From: a virus
Taxonomy: Duplodnaviria > Heunggongvirae > Uroviricota > Caudoviricetes
Reading direction: 5' to 3' (one strand)
DNA length: 14,163 nucleotides
IMG/VR virus record: IMGVR_UViG_3300026224_000024
Positions 7,242 to 14,163 of the stretch are shown piece by piece. A program made the position numbers and the translations under genes. The notes below the pieces were generated by a model, which was not told the origin of the DNA, made no database searches, and saw only the letters and a program-made list of their open reading frames with translations. Each line of letters starts with the position of its first letter. The stretch's first letter is position 1.

Positions 7242-7396
7242 AAGTGAATTTTGTGATGCGGTGAATGCGGCTAAGCGCACGCGGCACAGTTAAAAGTCAT
7301 GTTAGTCCTTATTGGTTTGGGTGGGAAAGCCGACTGTAATTGTTAACTGGTTGCAGTCACCTGGAGGCACCAGGCACCGCATCACAAAATTCACTT
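7242..7396. repeat. Perfect 22-bp inverted repeat pair (7242-7263 and 7375-7396) bracketing a 111-bp spacer
   Basis: aagtgaattttgtgatgcggtg at 7242-7263 is the exact reverse complement of caccgcatcacaaaattcactt at 7375-7396. The right arm ends 21 nt before the ATG at 7418. Confidence 0.9.
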
Positions 7397-7417
7397 AGTA
7401 ACCAAGAAGGGAATTAT

Positions 7418-7690
7418 ATGCAAGAGATAAGTTTTGAAGTAACAGCAAAAGATGTACAGGTTAAGCCCGATTACAATCAAAAATTATGTATTGAAGTCAA
7501 TGGCGTGAAGTTATCAGACCTGATTGATTCAGTTGAAGATAACGACGCTATTATTGAAATGGTTGGAGCCGAAGAAATAGCAGAATACTTTTCAACAGAG
7601 GGGCGTCTTCATGAGCTTCTGGAAAAATTTTCATATCAGGATATCGCTACATTTCTGGAAATTAATGGTTATAAAGTTACCGAGGAATAA
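7418..7690 (+). CDS. Strongly acidic small protein (90 aa), first gene of the early-left-like operon; function unknown
   Basis: ATG at 7418 preceded by AAGAAGGG. By my count about 21 D/E versus about 7 K/R. The track ORF starts further upstream at 7340, but the ATG at 7418 has the better ribosome-binding site. Confidence 0.65.
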   Translation: MQEISFEVTAKDVQVKPDYNQKLCIEVNGVKLSDLIDSVEDNDAIIEMVGAEEIAEYFSTEGRLHELLEKFSYQDIATFLEINGYKVTEE

Positions 7691-7708
7691 AGTAGCTCAG
7701 GTGGCGTT

Positions 7709-7918
7709 ATGGAACGTAATCATCTAACAGCTATCAGTGCCGCACAGAGTAAATTCGCCATCGCTGTATTTTTACAGGATGAAGAAATGTTTGAGCAGGC
7801 CATTATTCAGTTTGCAATTGCGACCGGGAGTAAAATAAATGAACACTTTGTTCGCTCTTGTCATGACCGTTTTTCTGACATCAGGCGAAACTCAGGATGT
7901 TGTTACCGGAATTTATAA
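7709..7918 (+). CDS. kilR: Kil-like cell-division inhibitor (KilR-like)
   Basis: 69 aa with AGGTGG before the ATG. The segment AISAAQSKFAIAVFLQDEEMFEQAI parallels the recalled lambda Kil motif (AIQTKFTIATFIGDEKMFREAV). Sits between the acidic gene and ydaE. Confidence 0.6.
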   Translation: MERNHLTAISAAQSKFAIAVFLQDEEMFEQAIIQFAIATGSKINEHFVRSCHDRFSDIRRNSGCCYRNL

Positions 7919-8075
7919 CTCCGAATCTGAATGCAAGGCCGCAGCTATTGAGCAAAAAGTAGCTGGTGAATGTTTCCCTGTTGAGAAATTTATCCGGCCT
8001 GTAGATGAAGAAATTCCCGCAGGCCTCACAGGAGAAAATCATGAAAATAAAATGTGGTTACCACCTTTGCAATAA
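7839..8075 (+). CDS. Possible overlapping small protein with a signal-peptide-like N-terminus (78 aa)
   Basis: ATG with a GGGAGT SD. Hydrophobic N-terminus MNTLFALVMTVFLTSG followed by a Cys-containing hydrophilic region. Overlaps the kilR 3' end by 80 nt in another frame and the ydaE start. Confidence 0.3.
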   Translation: MNTLFALVMTVFLTSGETQDVVTGIYNSESECKAAAIEQKVAGECFPVEKFIRPVDEEIPAGLTGENHENKMWLPPLQ

Positions 8076-8205
8076 AGACGTTGAAGAAAGCAAAACCATT
8101 AAAAGACCACTTCATTTCATGCGTGGAGTTATCCCAACGACGGAAATGAAAAAATATTGTAGTGAAAGTTGTGCCGAAAAAGACCAGATGGCACACGAAC
8201 TTTAA
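8041..8205 (+). CDS. ydaE: Small zinc-binding protein, YdaE-like
   Basis: ATG at 8041 with a GGAG SD. 54 aa with Cys/His pairs (C-x4-C ... C-x3-C) typical of a zinc ribbon. Position between kilR and racC, as in Rac. Confidence 0.65.
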   Translation: MKIKCGYHLCNKDVEESKTIKRPLHFMRGVIPTTEMKKYCSESCAEKDQMAHEL

Positions 8206-8279
8206 TTAACTGACTATTCGAAACTGAATTTATGCCAGCAATGGCAGGGATTCGCTCAACCTTAATTAAGGAGAAAAAC

Positions 8280-8555
8280 ATGATTACCAATTATGAAGCC
8301 ACTGTTGTAACTACCGATGACATTGTTCACGAGGTTAATCTGGAAGGAAAGCGTATTGGCTACGTGATTAAAACAGAAAATAAAGAAACCCCATTCACTG
8401 TGGTTGATATCGACGGTCCATCAGGCAACGTAAAAACACTTGATGAAGGTGTCACAAAAATGTGCCTAGTTCACATCGGAAAGAATCTGCCCGCAGAAAA
8501 AAAAGCCGGATTTCTGGCAACTCTGATTGCAATGAAATTAGGCGGTGAAATCTGA
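8280..8555 (+). CDS. racC: RacC-like protein
   Basis: ATG at 8280 with an AAGGAG SD. 91 aa beginning MITNYEATVVTTDD. Immediately upstream of recE, as in Rac. Confidence 0.8.
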   Translation: MITNYEATVVTTDDIVHEVNLEGKRIGYVIKTENKETPFTVVDIDGPSGNVKTLDEGVTKMCLVHIGKNLPAEKKAGFLATLIAMKLGGEI

Positions 8556-8656
8556 AAGAAATAGCCTGCGCCATACGCAGGCTATGAACAGTGTGTATCC
8601 GGCAAGATCATTCACTGAACAAAACGAATTTTAATCTGAGTTGAGGTTAAAAAACA

Positions 8657-11353
8657 ATGAGCACAAAACCACTCTTCCTGTTACGGAAAGCGAAAAAATC
8701 ATCCGGTGAACCTGACGTCGTCCTGTGGGCAAGCGACGATTTTGAATCGACCTGTGCCACTCTGGACTACCTGCTCGTTAAGTCAGGTAAAAAACTGAGC
8801 AGCTATTTTAAACCTGTTGCCACGAATTTTCCTGTCGTTAATGACCTTCCCCCTGAAGGTGAGATCGATTTTACCTGGAGTGAACGCTATCAACTCAGCA
8901 AAGACTCAATGACCTGGGAACTAAAACCGGGAGCAGCGCCAGACGACGTTCACCACCAGGATAATGCTCAAGAAACCAAAGAACTGGCGGGAGGCCAGGA
9001 AGAAAACGCGCAGGCAGACGCCCACGAGGATTGCCAGGATTGCGAAGTCTCTGTAGCCACTTTGCGGTTCACACAGCGTCTTCTGCACATTTTTACGTAT
9101 GCAGCCGGGGATCGGAAATACCTGCATCATGCCACCCGTGAACAACGGAAACACATTACTGCTCTTGAGATGGATCAGGAAAACAGCTATGTCCAGAATC
9201 TGCTGTTGGCCATACGCAGCATGGCAGAACCGACAACTCTGGATAATGCCGCCCTGCTCCGCCTGACTGATGCAATTAAGGCAGTGTTCTCTATCACGAA
9301 AAAACATCAGCCCTATGAATTTAAGAATTTCATTTCAGCCTGGCTGGATACCGAACACATTGATCGCGGTCTTCTGACAAAAGAATGGCGAAAAGGAAAT
9401 CGTGTTTCACGCATCACGCGCACGGCTTCCGGCGCTAATGCTGGCGGCGGGAACCTCACCGATCGCGGCGAAGGTTTCGTTCACGATCTGACGTCACTGG
9501 CGCGCGACGTAGCCACTGGCGTACTAGCTCGTTCAATGGACGTGGACATTTATAACCTTCATCCGGCACACGCTAAACGTGTCGAGGAAATTATCGCTGA
9601 AAATAAACCACCCTTTTCTGTTTTCCGCGACAAATTCATCACCATGCCTGGTGGGCTGGATTATTCCCGCGCCATCGTGGTTGCGTCCGTAAAAGAAGCA
9701 CCAATTGGGATCGAGGTTATCCCCGCACACGTCACTGAATATCTGAACAAAGTACTGACTGAAACTGATCATGCCAACCCTGATCCAGAAATCGTGGATA
9801 TTGCCTGCGGTCGTTCCTCTGCCCCGATGCCGCAGCGTGTAACAGAAGAAGAAAAACAGGATGATGAAGAAAAACTGCAACCATCTTGCGCAATGGCAGA
9901 TGAACAGGCAACGGCTGAAACAGTGGAACCGGATGCAACTGAACATCATCAGGACACGCAGTCGCTGGATGCTCAGTCACAGGTAAATTCTGTTGATGCG
10001 AAATATCAGAAACTGCGGGCAGAACTCCATGAAGCCCGGAAAAACATTCCGCCCAAAAATCCTGTCGATGCAGACAAATTACTGGCTGCCTCTCGCGGAG
10101 AATTTGTTGAAGGGATTAGCGACCCGAATGATCCGAAATGGGTTAAGGGGATCCAGACTCGCGACTCTATATACCAGAATCAGCCAGAAACGGAACAGAA
10201 CGACCAGAAAGCGGAACAGAACGACCCAAATACGCAACAAAACGAGCCAGAAACGAAACAGCCTGAGCCAGTAGTGCAACAACAGGAAACGGAGAAAGTT
10301 TGCACCGCCTGCAGTAAGGCTGGCGGCGGCAACTGTCCTGACTGTGGCGCGGTGATGGGCGACGCAACATACCAGGAAACATTCGGTGAAGAGAATCAGG
10401 TTGAAGCTAAGGAAAAAGATCCGGAGGAAATGGAAGGCGCTGAACATCCGTACAATGAGAATGCTGGCAGCGATCCGCATCGCGATTGCAGTGATGAAAC
10501 TGGCGAAGTCGCAGATCCCGTAATCGTAGAAGACATAGAGCCAGGTATTTATTACGGAATTTCGAATGAGAATTACCACGCGGGTCCCGGTGTCAGTAAG
10601 TCTCAGCTCGATGACATTGCTGATACTCCGGCACTGTATTTGTGGCGTAAAAATGCCCCCGTGGACACTACAAAGACAAAAACGCTCGATTTAGGAACCG
10701 CTTTCCACTGCCGGGTACTTGAACCGGAAGAATTCAGTAACCGCTTTATCGTAGCACCTGAATTTAACCGCCGTACAAACGCCGGAAAAGAAGAAGAGAA
10801 AGCGTTTCTGATGGAATGCGCAAGCACAGGAAAAACGGTTATCACTGCGGAAGAAGGCCGGAAAATTGAACTCATGTATCAAAGCGTTATGGCTTTGCCG
10901 CTGGGGCAATGGCTTGTTGAAAGCGCCGGACACGCTGAATCATCAATTTACTGGGAAGATCCGGAAACAGGAATTTTGTGTCGGTGCCGTCCGGACAAAA
11001 TTATTCCTGAATTTCACTGGATCATGGACGTGAAAACCACAGCGGATATTCAACGATTCAAAACGGCTTATTACGACTACCGCTATCACGTTCAGGATGC
11101 ATTCTACAGTGACGGTTATGAAGCACAGTTTGGTGTGCAGCCAACTTTCGTTTTTCTGGTTGCCAGCACAACTGTTGAATGCGGACGTTATCCGGTTGAG
11201 ATTTTCATGATGGGCGAAGAAGCAAAACTGGCAGGCCAGCAGGAATATCACCGCAATCTGCGGACCCTGGCTGACTGCCTAAATACCGATGAATGGCCAG
11301 CTATTAAGACGTTATCACTGCCCCGCTGGGCTAAGGAGTATGCAAATGACTAA
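8657..11353 (+). CDS. recE: Exonuclease VIII (RecE): long disordered acidic N-terminal region, C-terminal 5'-3' exonuclease domain
   Basis: 898-aa ORF. The C-terminal ~270 aa match recalled RecE nuclease domain sequence. The 3' end overlaps the recT start. The N-terminal region is low-complexity with heptad-like repeats. Confidence 0.9.
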   Translation: MSTKPLFLLRKAKKSSGEPDVVLWASDDFESTCATLDYLLVKSGKKLSSYFKPVATNFPVVNDLPPEGEIDFTWSERYQLSKDSMTWELKPGAAPDDVHHQDNAQETKELAGGQEENAQADAHEDCQDCEVSVATLRFTQRLLHIFTYAAGDRKYLHHATREQRKHITALEMDQENSYVQNLLLAIRSMAEPTTLDNAALLRLTDAIKAVFSITKKHQPYEFKNFISAWLDTEHIDRGLLTKEWRKGNRVSRITRTASGANAGGGNLTDRGEGFVHDLTSLARDVATGVLARSMDVDIYNLHPAHAKRVEEIIAENKPPFSVFRDKFITMPGGLDYSRAIVVASVKEAPIGIEVIPAHVTEYLNKVLTETDHANPDPEIVDIACGRSSAPMPQRVTEEEKQDDEEKLQPSCAMADEQATAETVEPDATEHHQDTQSLDAQSQVNSVDAKYQKLRAELHEARKNIPPKNPVDADKLLAASRGEFVEGISDPNDPKWVKGIQTRDSIYQNQPETEQNDQKAEQNDPNTQQNEPETKQPEPVVQQQETEKVCTACSKAGGGNCPDCGAVMGDATYQETFGEENQVEAKEKDPEEMEGAEHPYNENAGSDPHRDCSDETGEVADPVIVEDIEPGIYYGISNENYHAGPGVSKSQLDDIADTPALYLWRKNAPVDTTKTKTLDLGTAFHCRVLEPEEFSNRFIVAPEFNRRTNAGKEEEKAFLMECASTGKTVITAEEGRKIELMYQSVMALPLGQWLVESAGHAESSIYWEDPETGILCRCRPDKIIPEFHWIMDVKTTADIQRFKTAYYDYRYHVQDAFYSDGYEAQFGVQPTFVFLVASTTVECGRYPVEIFMMGEEAKLAGQQEYHRNLRTLADCLNTDEWPAIKTLSLPRWAKEYAND

Positions 11354-12179
11354 GCAACCACCTATCGCAAAAGCCGATCTGCAAAAAACTCAGGGAAACC
11401 GTGCACCAGCAGCAGTTAACGATAAGGATGTGCTGTGCGTGATTAACAGCCCGGCAATGAAAGCGCAACTGGCAGCAGCTCTGCCACGTCACATGACAGC
11501 GGAACGCATGATCCGCATTGCTACAACAGAAATCCGTAAAGTACCGGAACTAAGAAACTGTGACTCGACGAGTTTTATCGGTGCCATCGTACAGTGTTCA
11601 CAGCTCGGACTTGAGCCAGGTAGCGCCCTCGGTCATGCATATCTGCTACCGTTCGGCAACGGAAAAGCAAAAAACGGTAAGAAGAACGTACAGCTGATCA
11701 TCGGTTATCGCGGCATGATCGACCTTGCCCGTCGATCAGGTCAAATCATCAGTCTGTCAGCTCGTGTTGTCCGTGAATGTGATGAATTCAGCTATGAACT
11801 TGGCCTTGATGAAAAACTGGTTCATCGTCCCGGTGAAAACGAAGATGCCCCTATAACCCATGTCTATGCTGTTGCAAAACTGAAAGACGGAGGAGTGCAG
11901 TTTGAAGTCATGACCCGCAAACAAGTAGAAAAAGTTCGCGACACACACAGCAAGGCGGCAAAAAATGCAGCGTCAAAAGGGGCGTCGTCCATCTGGGATG
12001 AACACTTTGAAGACATGGCCAAAAAGACAGTGATACGAAAACTGTTCAAGTATCTGCCGGTATCTATTGAAATCCAGCGTGCAGTATCGATGGATGGAAA
12101 AGAGGTGGAAACAATTAATCCAGACGACATATCGGTTATAGCCGGGGAATACAGTGTAATCGATAATCCAGAAGAATAA
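11346..12179 (+). CDS. recT: RecT single-strand annealing protein
   Basis: ATG at 11346 with an AAGGAG SD. Begins [24 protein letters not shown] and carries conserved RecT blocks ([35 protein letters not shown]). The track ORF starts 19 codons upstream, inside recE. Confidence 0.9.
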   Translation: MTKQPPIAKADLQKTQGNRAPAAVNDKDVLCVINSPAMKAQLAAALPRHMTAERMIRIATTEIRKVPELRNCDSTSFIGAIVQCSQLGLEPGSALGHAYLLPFGNGKAKNGKKNVQLIIGYRGMIDLARRSGQIISLSARVVRECDEFSYELGLDEKLVHRPGENEDAPITHVYAVAKLKDGGVQFEVMTRKQVEKVRDTHSKAAKNAASKGASSIWDEHFEDMAKKTVIRKLFKYLPVSIEIQRAVSMDGKEVETINPDDISVIAGEYSVIDNPEE

Positions 12180-12223
12180 TCCAGCCTGGCGGTGTAATGC
12201 ACCGCCAACGTGAGATAGTTTTT

Positions 12224-12430
12224 ATGACAAAAACTTTGAGATATGACGATGTTAAACCATGTCCGTTTTGTGGTTGTCCATCAGTAACGGTGAAAGACAT
12301 TTCAGGATATTACCGGGCAAAATGCAACGGATGCGAATCCCGAACTGGCTATGGTGGAAGTGAAAAAGAAGCGCTCGAAAGATGGAATAAACGAACCACT
12401 GAAAATATTAATGGAGGCGTTCATGTATAA
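12224..12430 (+). CDS. ralR: Restriction alleviation protein Lar/RalR (anti type I restriction)
   Basis: Start chosen at the ATG 12224; begins MTKTLRYDDVKPCPFCGCPSVTVKDISGYYRAKCNGCESRTGYGGSEKEALERWNKR with a CxxC ... CxxC zinc ribbon. Matches recalled Rac Lar. Confidence 0.8.
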   Translation: MTKTLRYDDVKPCPFCGCPSVTVKDISGYYRAKCNGCESRTGYGGSEKEALERWNKRTTENINGGVHV

Positions 12431-12611
12431 AATTACCGCTACAATTGAAAAGGAAGGTGGCACTCCTACTAACTGGACAAGATATTCAAAATCTAAACTA
12501 ACGAAATCAGAATGCGAAAAAATGCTCTCAGGTAAAAAAGAAGCAGGCGTTTCCAGAGAGCAGAAAGTAAAACTGATAAATTTTAATTGCGAGAAACTTC
12601 AGTCCTCGTGA
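12423..12611 (+). CDS. ydaC: YdaC-like small protein
   Basis: ATG at 12423 with a GGAGG SD, overlapping the ralR 3' end. 62 aa. Position between ralR and xis, as in Rac. Confidence 0.6.
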   Translation: MYKITATIEKEGGTPTNWTRYSKSKLTKSECEKMLSGKKEAGVSREQKVKLINFNCEKLQSS

Positions 12612-12643
12612 ATTGCATTGTATTCAAATTAAAACTTCATAGC

Positions 12644-12659
12644 TGATTATTAATAATCA
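12644..12659. promoter_or_regulatory. Perfect 16-bp palindrome TGATTATTAATAATCA upstream of xis
   Basis: Read directly; about 50 bp upstream of the xis start. Candidate operator or promoter element for xis-int. Confidence 0.35.
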
Positions 12660-12710
12660 ACATCAGGCGTCAATTTCAGTCTAACATTGGCGCCTGCCAG
12701 AGGTGATGCG

Positions 12711-12926
12711 ATGGAACAAGTAATCTTTAATGAAGAGTGGATGGTTGAATACGGCCTGATGCTTCGCACTGGTCTGGGGGCCAGACAAATTGAAGCATAC
12801 CGCCAGAACTGTTGGGTGGAGGGCTTCCACTTCAAACGAGTATCTCCTTTAGGTAAGCCAGACAGCAAACGAGGGATTATCTGGTACAACTATCCAAAGA
12901 TAAATCAGTTTATCAAAGACTCATGA
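12711..12926 (+). CDS. xisR: Excisionase (Xis; YdaQ/XisR-like)
   Basis: ATG at 12711 with an AGGTGA SD. 71 aa beginning [32 protein letters not shown]. Directly upstream of int. Confidence 0.8.
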   Translation: MEQVIFNEEWMVEYGLMLRTGLGARQIEAYRQNCWVEGFHFKRVSPLGKPDSKRGIIWYNYPKINQFIKDS

Positions 12927-12984
12927 TATATCTAAATTACCAACAGGTGTCGAGATTAGAGGTAGAAACATTCGCATCTGGTTC

Positions 12985-14163
12985 ATGTTTCGAGGAAAAC
13001 GATGTCGGGAAACATTAAAAGGCTGGGAGATTACAAACAGTAATATTAAAAAGGCCGGAAATTTAAGAGCGCTGATAGTTCATGAAATAAACTCCGGTGA
13101 ATTTGAGTATTTAAGACGTTTTCCCCAGTCCAGCACTGGGACAAAAATGGTGACAACGAGAGTCATAAAAACGTTCGGGGAGCTTTGTGATATCTGGACA
13201 AAAATTAAAGAGACAGAGTTAACAACAAACACAATGAAGAAAACGAAATCACAATTAAAAACACTCAGAATAATAATTTGTGAAAGTACCCCGATATCAT
13301 ATATTCGTTATAGCGATATCTTAAACTACCGGAATGAACTGCTGCATGGAGAAACGCTTTACCTGGATAATCCAAGATCCAACAAAAAAGGAAGAACCGT
13401 GCGCACAGTTGATAACTATATCGCCCTTCTCTGTTCGCTGTTACGTTTTGCGTATCAGTCGGGATTTATATCAACCAAACCATTTGAAGGAGTAAAAAAA
13501 TTACAGCGAAACAGAATAAAGCCTGACCCGTTATCTAAAACAGAATTCAATGCATTAATGGAAAGTGAAAAAGGACAGAGCCAAAACTTGTGGAAATTTG
13601 CCGTTTACTCCGGGCTTCGTCACGGGGAACTGGCAGCTCTTGCGTGGGAGGATGTGGATTTCGAGAAGGGAATTGTGAATGTCAGAAGAAACCTGACGAT
13701 ACTTGATATGTTCGGTCCCCCAAAAACAAATGCCGGGATCCGGACGGTAACATTACTACAGCCAGCTCTTGAAGCACTGAAGGAGCAATACAAACTGACC
13801 GGGCATCATCGCAAAAGCGAAATCACTTTTTATCATCGGGAGTACGGCAGAACCGAAAAGCAAAAACTGCATTTTGTTTTCATGCCCAGGATGTGTAACG
13901 GAAAACAGAAACCTTATTACTCGGTAAGCAGTTTGGGTGCGAGATGGAATGCAGCAGTAAAACGTGCTGGTATTCGCCGCCGTAATCCGTACCATACGCG
14001 ACATACTTTTGCCTGCTGGCTGTTGACGGCAGGAGCGAACCCGGCATTTATAGCCAGCCAGATGGGGCATGAAACTGCGCAGATGGTGTATGAAATTTAC
14101 GGTATGTGGATTGATGACATGAACGACGAACAGGTAGCTATGTTGAATGCGCGGTTATCGTAG
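12985..14163 (+). CDS. intR: Tyrosine site-specific integrase (IntR-like); coordinates are from the first in-frame ATG, but conserved N-terminal coding extends upstream to about 12928 without a start codon
   Basis: 392 aa from the ATG at 12985, with C-terminal catalytic residues (R..HTRHT.. and a Tyr near the end). The frame stays open 27 codons upstream (stop at 12901) and encodes SKLPTGVEIRGRNIRIWF, which resembles the lambda Int arm-binding N-terminus. The window ends at the int stop codon. Confidence 0.85.
   Translation: MFRGKRCRETLKGWEITNSNIKKAGNLRALIVHEINSGEFEYLRRFPQSSTGTKMVTTRVIKTFGELCDIWTKIKETELTTNTMKKTKSQLKTLRIIICESTPISYIRYSDILNYRNELLHGETLYLDNPRSNKKGRTVRTVDNYIALLCSLLRFAYQSGFISTKPFEGVKKLQRNRIKPDPLSKTEFNALMESEKGQSQNLWKFAVYSGLRHGELAALAWEDVDFEKGIVNVRRNLTILDMFGPPKTNAGIRTVTLLQPALEALKEQYKLTGHHRKSEITFYHREYGRTEKQKLHFVFMPRMCNGKQKPYYSVSSLGARWNAAVKRAGIRRRNPYHTRHTFACWLLTAGANPAFIASQMGHETAQMVYEIYGMWIDDMNDEQVAMLNARLS

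Noticed and set aside
10183-10266. Tandem 21-nt repeats as a possible CRISPR or minisatellite array
   Set aside because: The repeats are in-frame within recE, imperfect, and have no spacers. They represent a coding low-complexity expansion, not a CRISPR array.
8921-11251. Minus-strand ORFs inside recE (8921-9307, 9533-9949, 9732-9980, 10079-10579, 10167-10382, 10603-10933, 10943-11251) and plus-strand 9993-10274
   Set aside because: They are antisense or alternative-frame reads of the long, confidently assigned recE ORF.
11757-14070. Minus-strand ORFs inside recT (11757-11948, 11864-12208), xis (12650-12889) and int (13756-14070)
   Set aside because: They are antisense to confidently assigned genes and have no ribosome-binding sites.
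1-14163. tRNA, rRNA or CRISPR loci
   Set aside because: I saw no cloverleaf-like tRNA candidates, no rRNA-like sequence, and no regularly spaced direct repeats with unique spacers anywhere in the window.

Overview
The window is a Rac-like lambdoid prophage segment of Escherichia coli, inverted relative to the K-12 map, running from the nin-like region to the integrase stop codon at the window's right edge. The + strand carries racR, ydaG, ydaF, an acidic small protein, kilR, ydaE, racC, recE, recT, ralR (lar), ydaC, xis and intR. The - strand carries ydaS, ydaT, ydaU (replication initiator-like), ydaV (DnaC-like), a 247-aa protein, an Ea22-like protein, a small hydrophobic ORF and a DUF551-like protein. 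The left ~1.1 kb is a strongly AT-rich two-gene cassette (4-TM membrane protein plus a small soluble protein) whose distal gene is cut by the inverted-repeat end of an IS1 element at positions 1-126. This cassette is the best candidate for an undescribed accessory or defence module. Other points worth follow-up are a perfect 22-bp inverted repeat pair ahead of the acidic protein gene, iteron-like palindromes in and upstream of ydaU, and an integrase whose conserved N-terminus has no in-frame start codon. All names rest on recalled family resemblance and gene order, not on a database search.
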